Part shown: one piece after another, positions 1-9,200 of the stretch
Layout: the number at the start of each line of letters is the position of its first letter
Position numbering within the stretch: position 1 is the stretch's first letter
NCBI GenBank assembly: GCA_964345255.1
Contig: CAYFQK010000003.1
Span: forward strand, 1-45,600
From: an uncultured Bacteroidales bacterium
GTDB lineage: Bacteria; Bacteroidota; Bacteroidia; Bacteroidales; JAIPAH01
Reading direction: 5' to 3'
DNA length: 45,600 bases
The notes under the pieces: generated by a model
Database searches by the model: none
What the model saw: the letters and a program-made list of their open reading frames with translations, nothing else
Told to the model about the DNA's origin: nothing
Program-made: the position numbers and the translations under genes

Positions 1-1074
1 AGTATAAAACAGGCTTTAACTTTTGAAGGAGGAAAAGGGCCTCATCTTATCGTTGACGATGGAGGAGATGCAACCCTCATGATGCACCTGGGGGTGGATA
101 TCGAAGAGAATCCCGATTTACTGAAGAAAGAGCCGGAAAGCGAAGAAGAAACTGCTTTGCTGAGTTTGCTTAAGGAAACCTACGTTAACGAACCAGAAAA
201 ATGGCGTAAAGCATCCAAAGATTTAAAAGGTATCTCTGAAGAGACAACCACTGGCGTTAACCGTCTTTATCAAAAAGAAAAAGACGGCACGTTGCTCGTT
301 CCCGCCGTTAATGTCAATGACTCTGTTACCAAGTCAAAATTCGATAACCTTTACGGATGTCGCGAATCACTGGCCGACGGCCTTAAGCGTGCCACGGATA
401 TTATGCTGGCCGGTAAGGTCGTGCTTGTTTTAGGTTATGGTGACGTTGGAAAAGGCAGTGCCAAATCTATGCGTTCATATGGTGCAAGAGTTATCGTTAC
501 TGAAATAGACCCTATCAATGCTTTGCAGGCTGTAATGGAGGGGTTTGAAGTAACGACCATAGATGATGCCGTAAAAGAAGCAGACATATTCGTAACCGCT
601 ACCGGTAATAAAGATGTTATTACACTGGAGCACATGAAGCAAATGAAAGATCAGGCAATCGTTGCCAACATAGGTCATTTTGATAATGAAATCCAGGTAG
701 CTGCTCTTAAAAAGAATCCGGGAATTGAAAAAGATATGATAAAGCCCCAGGTTGACAGATATACTTTTTCTGAAACGGGTCATTCCATTTTCCTGTTAGC
801 TGACGGCAGGCTGGTAAATCTGGGTTGTGCCACAGGCCACCCCTCTTTTGTTATGAGTAATTCGTTTTCCAACCAGGTGTTAGCTCAAATTGATCTCTGG
901 CAAAAAGAATACGAAAAGGGAGTTTACAGGCTTCCCAAATATCTTGACGAGGAAGTAGCACGTTTACATTTACCTCAACTAGGCGTAAAATTGACTGAGC
1001 TTACTTCAGAGCAGGCCGAATATCTGGGCGTTAATCGTAAAGGACCGTATAAGCCTGATCATTACAGATATTAA
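1..1074 (+). CDS. ahcY: S-adenosyl-L-homocysteine hydrolase (adenosylhomocysteinase), 5' end cut by the window edge
   Basis: Frame 1 is open from base 1 ([29 protein letters not shown]...), so the listed ATG at 79 is internal. It has the NAD-binding [27 protein letters not shown] and the C-terminal [10 protein letters not shown] typical of AhcY. Confidence 0.95.
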   Translation, partial: SIKQALTFEGGKGPHLIVDDGGDATLMMHLGVDIEENPDLLKKEPESEEETALLSLLKETYVNEPEKWRKASKDLKGISEETTTGVNRLYQKEKDGTLLVPAVNVNDSVTKSKFDNLYGCRESLADGLKRATDIMLAGKVVLVLGYGDVGKGSAKSMRSYGARVIVTEIDPINALQAVMEGFEVTTIDDAVKEADIFVTATGNKDVITLEHMKQMKDQAIVANIGHFDNEIQVAALKKNPGIEKDMIKPQVDRYTFSETGHSIFLLADGRLVNLGCATGHPSFVMSNSFSNQVLAQIDLWQKEYEKGVYRLPKYLDEEVARLHLPQLGVKLTELTSEQAEYLGVNRKGPYKPDHYRY

Positions 1075-1093
1075 TATCCAAAATACAGATTGT

Positions 1094-1126
1094 AACCGGG
1101 GGCCATTTCGTCTCCGGTTTTTTTAT
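1094..1126 (+). terminator. Rho-independent terminator after ahcY
   Basis: Stem AACCGGGGG (1094-1102) pairs with TCTCCGGTT (1111-1119), 9 bp with 2 G-U pairs, and runs into a T7 tract. It lies between convergent genes. Confidence 0.6.
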
Positions 1127-1132
1127 TTAAGA

Positions 1133-1579
1133 TTAGTTGTAGATACGCAGGCTGTTCCCGTCATAACTTGTCCTGTATTGGATCATAGGGCATTGGGCAG
1201 GACCGTCAAGCGGATATCCGGAAGTTAGGATAAACCGGGAGCCACAAACAGAGTCGTAAGCAAAGAGTTCGGTTTCTTCATCAACTTTTAATATAGCATT
1301 CGGATCGTCAGGATCATGAGGACATGTGCGCTCGTAAGCCTGAAAATGATTCAGGCTTGAGCGATATACTATGATGCCTTTGCTGGGTTTTCGGGCGGTT
1401 AGATAAAGCCAGCCGTTTACGGTATTTAGTTGCTGGTATTCTGTGGCATTGGGGAAAATAGTTATATTTACCGGCACGTCTGAATATTGCTTACAGTGCT
1501 TTTCGTCACCACATCCTGTGGCATAAAAGATTAATGCAGAGAAAAATAATATCCTCAGAGATCGAAGCTTGTGTTTCAT
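1133..1579 (-). CDS. Small lipoprotein with a Rieske-like fold and a non-canonical ligand set
   Basis: Signal peptide plus lipobox (LIFYATGC). The C-terminal half reads CPH-x23-CGSRF...DGPAQCPMIQY, which resembles the Rieske pattern CxH...CxxH...GPA..L..Y but lacks the second His. Confidence 0.6.
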   Translation of the reverse strand: MKHKLRSLRILFFSALIFYATGCGDEKHCKQYSDVPVNITIFPNATEYQQLNTVNGWLYLTARKPSKGIIVYRSSLNHFQAYERTCPHDPDDPNAILKVDEETELFAYDSVCGSRFILTSGYPLDGPAQCPMIQYRTSYDGNSLRIYN

Positions 1580-1583
1580 TTTC

Positions 1584-1591
1584 CAAAAGTA
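1584..1591 (-). promoter_or_regulatory. Candidate -7 box TACTTTTG (minus strand) only 4 nt from the ATG at 1579
   Basis: The plus strand reads CAAAAGTA, an exact match to the Bacteroidota TAnnTTTG consensus. The spacing implies a leaderless or near-leaderless mRNA if the box is real. Confidence 0.3.
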
Positions 1592-1872
1592 TAGATTTGC
1601 CGGCTAAGTTTAAACGCTTTTAATGGTAGATAATTGTATTTATTTTCGTCAGATCCTCTTTGTTGAGACTCCTGTTTTTGGTTTTTTTTATTGATTTATT
1701 GTCAATCTAAATTATGAAAATAATACAAAGATTATTTTGATGACTTTAATCATTGAGTAACGCAACGTAGAGGCCGCCTTTTTTGTCTTTATTTTTAACA
1801 AAAGAAATTGAAGACTTTTTGTAATTGAAGATTTAATTTATATTTTTAATAAATTTTTAGAAAAAGGGGGTG

Positions 1873-2379
1873 ATGGAGGATTTAATAATCATATTACTAG
1901 GCTTAGCTGCAGCAGGTTATTCTGCTTTCAGGAAAAACAGGAAGGCTAAAGAAGAAGGCGCTTCCGGCACCTCCCGCAGCAGAACTGCAGATGCTTATAG
2001 CCAGGAAAGTGAAACTGACAGAGATTACATTGAGGAGTTTTTTGGCGATGAAGCATATAACACGGCAACACAAGAACAGTTATATAGTGAGGTGAACGAA
2101 GGACAGCAAAGGTTTAGAAATCCCCGCCTGGGAGATGCATCCCGCCAGGAAAAATTTAAAGAGGAAGATACCTTTGCCAATACAGGGAAAAACGATAAAT
2201 CAACATTTAATAAAAGATACAATGAATCAATCAACACAAAAAAATATGATTATCAACCGGCAGGTAAAAAGAGAGAGCAGGCGAAATACCGTCAAAACTC
2301 GCGGAATAAATCTATTCATCACCGGTTCGATTTGAGGCGAGCTGTTATTTATTCTGAAATCTTAAATCGCAAGTATTAA
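1873..2379 (+). CDS. Hypothetical single-pass membrane protein with a disordered polar region and conserved-looking C-terminal motif
   Basis: N-terminal TM segment (LIIILLGLAAAGYSAF), about 130 aa rich in K/E/R/N/Q, and a C-terminal FDLRRAVIYSEILNRKY. The ATG at 1873 is preferred over the GTG at 1870. No family recognised. Confidence 0.5.
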   Translation: MEDLIIILLGLAAAGYSAFRKNRKAKEEGASGTSRSRTADAYSQESETDRDYIEEFFGDEAYNTATQEQLYSEVNEGQQRFRNPRLGDASRQEKFKEEDTFANTGKNDKSTFNKRYNESINTKKYDYQPAGKKREQAKYRQNSRNKSIHHRFDLRRAVIYSEILNRKY

Positions 2380-2482
2380 AAAAAGAATGAGAATTTCTGT
2401 ATTAAGTTATTTGGAAGGAAAGTATATTTATTAGTAATTTTACGCTTCCTTAAAATTTGTTTGTAAACAAAAACTACAAAAT

Positions 2483-5400
2483 ATGTTGAGAAAACTACTA
2501 TTAACTTTTGGAGTTATACTGGCATCCAGTGTGTTGGTATTTTCACAATCGGGAACTCTCAAAGGAAAAATATTGGACAAGGAAACGGGAGATCCTATTC
2601 CTTTTGCGAATATTGTTATTCTTTTGGGGGGATCTCAGGAAGGTGGTGCAACAAGTGATATTGATGGAAATTACACAATAAAACCTGTAGCGCCGGGAAC
2701 ATACGATGTTAAGGCAACTTATGTGGGTTATCAAAGTGTCCAGATTAATGATGTGGTCATTAGTTCTGATAAGATTACTTTTTTAGACGTGAAGATGTCT
2801 TCTACGGCCCAAAACCTTGAAGAGGTAGTCATTAAGGACTACAAGGTGCCTTTGATTAGTAAAGACCAGACTTCTTCGGGAGGGACTGTTACCTCAGAAG
2901 AGATCGAAAAGATGCCGAACAAAAATGCCGAAGCCATTGCCACAACAGTCGGAGGTGTTTTTTCGGAAGATGGTGATGTGAAAAGTATCCGCGGACAGCG
3001 TGAGGAAGGTACCGTTTATTACATTGACGGTATTAAAGTGACCGGCGGTAAGAACCTTCCTGAATCATCTATCGAGCAGGTTTCTGTCGTTTTGGGTGGT
3101 GTACCTGCACAATATGGTGATGCCACCGGCGGTATCATCAACATTACTACAAAAGGACCCTCCAGGAAATTTGGCGGGGGCGTCTCACTCAGGACCTCGG
3201 AATACCTCGATGAGTATGGCTATAACCGGGTAGGACTTAATATGAATGGTCCTCTCCTGAAGAAAAAAAGTGAGGATGGGAATGCCAAATCTCTATTAGG
3301 ATACTACATTGCTGGTGAAATGATTTTCAAGCAGGATGGCAGGCCCACTTCTACCGGCGTGGACAGAGTCAAAGACAGCGTATTGAATTTTCTTGAGGAA
3401 GAGCCTATCAGGTTGCGCGAAACACAACAAGGAGCCTCTATTGTGAACAATGCATTGTTTTTGAGAGATGACGCCTTTAAGCATGTTGACGCCACCCTGA
3501 ATACCGACCGGACGAGGGTAAATCTGTCAGGGAAAATAGATATTAATACCGGTCCAAGGATGAACCTTACGGTAGGGGGAAACATGAGTTACATAGAAGC
3601 CAATAATTTTAGCTATTATAATTCATTGTTTAACTGGCAAAACAACCAGGAAGTCATTAACAATACCCGCCGGGGTTTTATTCGGTTTACTAATCGTTTT
3701 CCGAATTCGGAAGAAGAAGATCAGCTCATAAGCAATACTTACTTGTCTATACAGGCGGATTATTCCAGGTTTACAAGCAAGTCGCAGGACCCCAGGCATA
3801 AAGATAATCTACTTGAATACGGTCATGTTGGTCAGTATACTACTTACAAGGAAAGAAACTACGAGTTTAAATATGATTCCATCTCCGGAAAAGAAGCCTG
3901 GCATATGAATAACTGGGCTGATACGCTGGTTACTTTCCAACCGGGAGCCTCTAATCCCGTTTGGGCGAACTACACCGAAACGGTTTATTCCTTATTTGAT
4001 GAGCCTGATGGGAACTACGATAATCTGACAAATATTCTGAACCGGGGTGGACTGCTTAATAGTATGGGACCGAATAATGTGTACGGTATTTGGGCCAATG
4101 TGGGAACCCTTCAGTCTGGTTATAGCGAAACCCAGAATGATCAGCTCGGAATCGATCTCAGGGTTTCAACCGATATTGGTAACCATGAAGTGAGATTTGG
4201 TTTGAGCTATGAACAGCGCAGCAATAGATATTATGCCTACGGTCCGGACCAGTTTTGGCAGCTAATGCGTGACTTGACCAACTCACATATCCAACAGCTC
4301 AATTTGGATAACCCCAAACTGGTGACCCGCAATGGCTTCTTTATGGATACTGTAAATTACAATCGTTTATATGACGAAGCTTCGCAAAGAACTTTCGACA
4401 AAAGACTGCGTCAGGCTATGGGCCTGCCGGTTGACGGAACGGAGTGGATTGATGTGGATTCATACAACATGGAAACACAAACCATCAGTTATTACGACGA
4501 TCAGGGTAATCAGCACACGACACAACTTAATGAGCCTTTGAGCGAGGATATGTTTAGTGCCGATGAGCTTCTCAACTCAGGAAGCTACATAGGATATTTT
4601 TATGGCTTTGATCATCAAGGCAATAAGTTAGACCAGAGGCCAAGTTTTAATGACTTTTTTACTGAAAAGAATGAAAATGGAGTATTCACACGTCCGGTAC
4701 CCGCTTTTGAACCAGTATACACGGCAGGTTACATTCAGGATAAGTTTGCATTTAAAGATTTAATCTTTAATGTAGGTATTCGGGTAGACCGTTTTGATGC
4801 GAACCAAATGGTCCTGGAAGATCCTTACTTGTTGTTCCCTGCCGAGAGCGTATCGGAAGTAAAAGGTGGAGATTTGGGAGAAGTGCCCTCAAATATGGGA
4901 AATGAATACACGGTGTATGTAGATAATACATCCAATCCAACCAGAATTATGGGTTACCGCGACGGCCACACGTGGTTTGATGCGGCCGGCGAAGAGGTGC
5001 TTGACCCTGAAACGGCACTTGACGCAGGTAACGGAATACAACCAAAACTGGTGGATCCGGACAATGAACAGGTGTCTGCTGAAGTCTTTAAAGACTATGA
5101 GCCCCAATTAAGTGTGATGCCACGAATTGCGTTTTCATTCCCTATATCAGATGAAGCCCTTTTCTTTGCTCACTACGATGTGCTTACACAGCGCCCTAAG
5201 AATAGCTTGAGAATGCATCCGGCTACTTATTTTTTCATGCCGACATCAAGCCTTGGAACAACATCTATCAGCAATCCTAACCTGAAACCGGAACAAACAA
5301 TTGATTATGAGTTAGGGTTCCAGCAGAAATTATCCAACACCTCATCTTTAGTGCTTTCTGCTTTTTATCGCGAGATGCGGGACCAGATTCAGAGTTACAG

Positions 5401-6193
5401 GTACACCGGAGCTTACCCCAGCACATATTACTCTTTCAGAAACCTTGACTTTGGCACCGTTAAAGGCATGACGGTTACATACGACTTAAGAAGAACAAAA
5501 AATATCAGACTTAAAGCAAGTTATACATTGCAGTTTGCTGAAGGAACAGGTTCGAATCAGAATACCGCCAAGGCGCTTATTCAATCAGGTCAACCTAACC
5601 TCAGGACACTTATCCCGCTTAATTTTGATAGAAGACACCAGTTTAATGTTTCACTGGACTATCGTTTCAAAGGCGGGAATCAATACAATGGGCCTGTTAC
5701 AACGAGGAAAATTGAAGGAACCGATAAAACCAGGAGCATAAAATGGCTTCAAAACACGGGGGTAAATATTACCCTTAATGGAGGTTCGGGTACGCCCTAT
5801 ACGAAGTCAAGCCGTATATATCCGCTGGGTGGTCAGCGTGTTATCCAGGGCTCGATTAATGGAGCCCGTAAACCATCTCAGTTCCGGTTTGATTTGAGAC
5901 TGGACAGGGATATAGATATTACATTCGGTAGTGGTCAAAACAAACGGGGATCTACCATGAACATCTATGTACAAGTGTTGAACTTGTTTGATGCTATGAA
6001 TGTACTGAACGTTTACTCTGCCACGGGTAACGCCGATGACGACGGATATCTTGCTGCTGATGCATGGCAGACGAGCATAAACTCGAGGATTGATTCGCAG
6101 GCTTATCGTAACATGTATGCTATGCGGATTTACTCCCCGTTTAATTACAGTGCTCCCAGGAGGATTCGTTTCGGAGTAAACTTTAATTTTTAA
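2483..6193 (+). CDS. Oversized TonB-dependent-transporter-like outer membrane protein with a CarboxypepD_reg N-domain
   Basis: Signal peptide, then a CarboxypepD_reg-like domain (GTLKGKILDKETGDPIPFANIVI...DGNYTIKPVAPGTYDV). It also has a TonB-box-like LEEVVI, a plug (IRGQREEGTVYYIDGIKV...GGVPAQYGDATGGIINITTK), a roughly 1000-aa barrel region and an OMP-type C-terminus RIRFGVNFNF. Confidence 0.85.
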   Translation: MLRKLLLTFGVILASSVLVFSQSGTLKGKILDKETGDPIPFANIVILLGGSQEGGATSDIDGNYTIKPVAPGTYDVKATYVGYQSVQINDVVISSDKITFLDVKMSSTAQNLEEVVIKDYKVPLISKDQTSSGGTVTSEEIEKMPNKNAEAIATTVGGVFSEDGDVKSIRGQREEGTVYYIDGIKVTGGKNLPESSIEQVSVVLGGVPAQYGDATGGIINITTKGPSRKFGGGVSLRTSEYLDEYGYNRVGLNMNGPLLKKKSEDGNAKSLLGYYIAGEMIFKQDGRPTSTGVDRVKDSVLNFLEEEPIRLRETQQGASIVNNALFLRDDAFKHVDATLNTDRTRVNLSGKIDINTGPRMNLTVGGNMSYIEANNFSYYNSLFNWQNNQEVINNTRRGFIRFTNRFPNSEEEDQLISNTYLSIQADYSRFTSKSQDPRHKDNLLEYGHVGQYTTYKERNYEFKYDSISGKEAWHMNNWADTLVTFQPGASNPVWANYTETVYSLFDEPDGNYDNLTNILNRGGLLNSMGPNNVYGIWANVGTLQSGYSETQNDQLGIDLRVSTDIGNHEVRFGLSYEQRSNRYYAYGPDQFWQLMRDLTNSHIQQLNLDNPKLVTRNGFFMDTVNYNRLYDEASQRTFDKRLRQAMGLPVDGTEWIDVDSYNMETQTISYYDDQGNQHTTQLNEPLSEDMFSADELLNSGSYIGYFYGFDHQGNKLDQRPSFNDFFTEKNENGVFTRPVPAFEPVYTAGYIQDKFAFKDLIFNVGIRVDRFDANQMVLEDPYLLFPAESVSEVKGGDLGEVPSNMGNEYTVYVDNTSNPTRIMGYRDGHTWFDAAGEEVLDPETALDAGNGIQPKLVDPDNEQVSAEVFKDYEPQLSVMPRIAFSFPISDEALFFAHYDVLTQRPKNSLRMHPATYFFMPTSSLGTTSISNPNLKPEQTIDYELGFQQKLSNTSSLVLSAFYREMRDQIQSYRYTGAYPSTYYSFRNLDFGTVKGMTVTYDLRRTKNIRLKASYTLQFAEGTGSNQNTAKALIQSGQPNLRTLIPLNFDRRHQFNVSLDYRFKGGNQYNGPVTTRKIEGTDKTRSIKWLQNTGVNITLNGGSGTPYTKSSRIYPLGGQRVIQGSINGARKPSQFRFDLRLDRDIDITFGSGQNKRGSTMNIYVQVLNLFDAMNVLNVYSATGNADDDGYLAADAWQTSINSRIDSQAYRNMYAMRIYSPFNYSAPRRIRFGVNFNF

Positions 6194-6222
6194 TTAGTTA
6201 AGAAATAGATAAAGTGGAAATT

Positions 6223-9200
6223 ATGTATAGAAAAAGATTAACCTTATTTGTACTTGTGCTCGCTCTGCTTTCTGCCATTCCGTATCAAACTTCGGCGGAG
6301 GAATGGAAGAAAAAGTCAGACAATAAAAAGCGCACAAAGACAATAAAATCAACTGCTGCCGGGTGCTTACCGGGCACCGCCTACCAGTACCTTGATGTGA
6401 ATAATGTGAGGGCACGTATTAATACTGGCGGTGATATGTGGTGGGATTTTGAGAATGCAAAATACGAAATCCCCGCAGGAACCGGTAAAACCTCCATGTT
6501 CTCCGCAGCGCTTTGGCTTGGTGGTGTCGACGTCAATGACCAGTTAAAGCTGGCTGCACAAATGTACCGCTATGGCCCGGATATTCAGGGAAGAAGTGAT
6601 ACAGACTATTTTACAGGTCCGCTTACTACCGACGGTTCGGCTGCCGTTAGCCAGGCTACTTGTAAAGCCTACGACAAAATGTTTCCTATCTCAAGGCAGG
6701 AAGTAAACGAATTTATTGCTAAATGGGATAATCCTGAACAATATCCGGATTACAATCCGCCAAGGTCAATTACCGAATGGCCTGCTCACGGAGATATTAC
6801 AAAGGGCCAAAGCTATTACCTGGCACCCTTTTATGATAATAATGGCGACGGGGATTATAATCCTGCCCAGGGGGATTATCCTTATTATGATGTGGATAAT
6901 GACCTTTGCGGTACGCAAACACCCACGCAGGATGAAATGGCAGGCGATGTAATTGCGGGGACATCGGTACTCGCCGACCAGGTCATCAAAGGCGATGAGA
7001 CACTGTGGTGGGTCTTTAATGATAAGGGAAACTTCCATGCTGAAACAACCGGTGCACCTATTGGAGTCGAGATTCGTGCACAGGCCTTTGGCTTTTCAAC
7101 AAATGACGAAATAGATGACATGAGCTTCTACTCTTACGAGATTATTAACCGCTCTACGTTTACCCTGAAGGATACTTATTTTAGCCAGTGGGTTGATACC
7201 GACCTGGGCGATGCGGTTGATGATTACGTCGGTTGTGATGTTCAGCGCGGACTGGGTTATTGTTACAATGGGGATCCCAATGATGGTCAGGGTCAGCCAT
7301 GGACTTATGGTGAAAACCCCCCTGCTATTGGTGTTGATTTCTTCCAGGGACCTTATATTGACGACGATGGGTTAGATAATAAAAAATTCACGGGCGACTG
7401 CTCCATATTTGATTTTAATGCCCCCGCCGGCAGTGCTGATGATGGAAGCGCCATAAACGGTATTAACTTTGGCGACTCTATAGTGGACAATGAGCGTTTT
7501 GGAATGCGCCGCTTCGTTTATCACAATAATCCGGGATCAGGTGCTGCAGGTCCTTACATGCACGACCCTGATTATGCCATTGATTATTATAACTATCTGA
7601 GAGGTATTTGGAGAGATGGAACCAAAATGATTTATGGTGGGAATGGCCATGAGACAGCCGGTGGATACGGACCGGAATGCGACTTTATGTTCCCCGATCA
7701 ATCTGACCCTTGTAACTGGGGTACTGACGGGCAGGAACCCAACGGACCGGTGGAATGGACGGAAGAAACAGCAGGAAACCTCAAAGGTGACCGCCGTTTT
7801 ATGCAGTCGGCCGGTCCTTTTACGCTTGAGCCTGGAGCTGTAAACTACATTACAGTTGGTATACCCTGGGCAAGAGCTAACAGAGGGGGGCCGTTTGCAT
7901 CAGTTGAAAAACTTAAGGTTGCTGACGATAAAGCCCAGGCGCTTTTTGATAATTGCTTTGATGTTGTGGATGGTCCCAGAGCTCCTGATTTAACAATTAA
8001 GGAAGCGGATCAAAAACTGACCATATTTATTACGAACCGCAATATTTTGGGATCAGGAAACAATTACAGAGAACAATATGAGGAAATTGACCCAACCATT
8101 AGCTCACCTGATACTTTAACAGGTGACGACAGATGGGACTCGACATATAACTTTGAAGGATATAAGATTTATCAATTGGCTTCGCCTGATGTTTCGGAAC
8201 TCGATAATCCCGATAAGGCACAGCTTGTTATGCAATGCGATATCGATAACGGGGTAGACCGCCTTATCAATTATGAGTTTAATGAAAACCTGGATGCTAC
8301 CGTCCCCAAAATCAAGGTGGACGGAAACGACGAGGGGATTAAGCATACGTTTACTCTTGAAAAGGATTTCTTTACCGGCGAGGATTTGGTTAATCATAAG
8401 CAGTATTATTATAAAGCCATAGCTTATGGATATAATAACTACAAGGATTATGATCCGGAAACTGCAATAGACGGACAAAAACTTCCTTACCTTGAAGGAC
8501 GTGGAAACATAAGATCATACACGGGTATCCCGCATAAGAATGTCTCCGATATGAAAGAGCGGGCAGATTATGGTGACGGCCTTCCTGTAACCAGATTACA
8601 GGGAAGAGGAAATAGCGGCAATTATCTTAAACTTAAAGATGAAGTGTATGACCGGCTTCTCGAGAAATCACCGTATGACACAAATATGACTATTGCTGAT
8701 GATAATTATCCTATGGTCAGCGATTTGGAATATCAACCGGGATATGGTCCGATTAATGTGAAGGTTATTGACCCAATGAATGTAAAAGAAGGTAATTATG
8801 TCGTTCTTTTGGATTCACTGGTAAAATATCAGTTCACGGATGTTACCGAGGCAGCAAATCTCATTGATGGCGGTGATACGTTAAATAAGTTTGTTGCTGA
8901 GTGGTATCTTAAAGATATAGGAACCGGTGAAGTGTATCGCTCAGATACGACGATCATTAGAAATAATGAACAACTATTCCTTGATCTGGGAATTTCTGTG
9001 GAGGTAGTTCAGGTTCATCGTCCCGGCCCTATTCAGGTGGGAAGAGTAGAAATTTCCAGTACTTCTTCTGAACCAGTAATATTTAATACCGATAATAATG
9101 GGTACATTGGGTCGAGTATAAAATTTGCAGATTCCCTGAACCAATGGCTGACGGGGATACCGGATGACGATTTAGCTCCGGGAGGTTATACGGATTGGAT

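Noticed and set aside
1580-1869. A 290-bp AT-rich divergent intergenic region with the short repeat ATTGAAGA x2, considered as a possible sRNA or riboswitch.
   Set aside because: It has no extended stem-loops, no terminator and no recognisable riboswitch core. It is most simply two divergent promoters.
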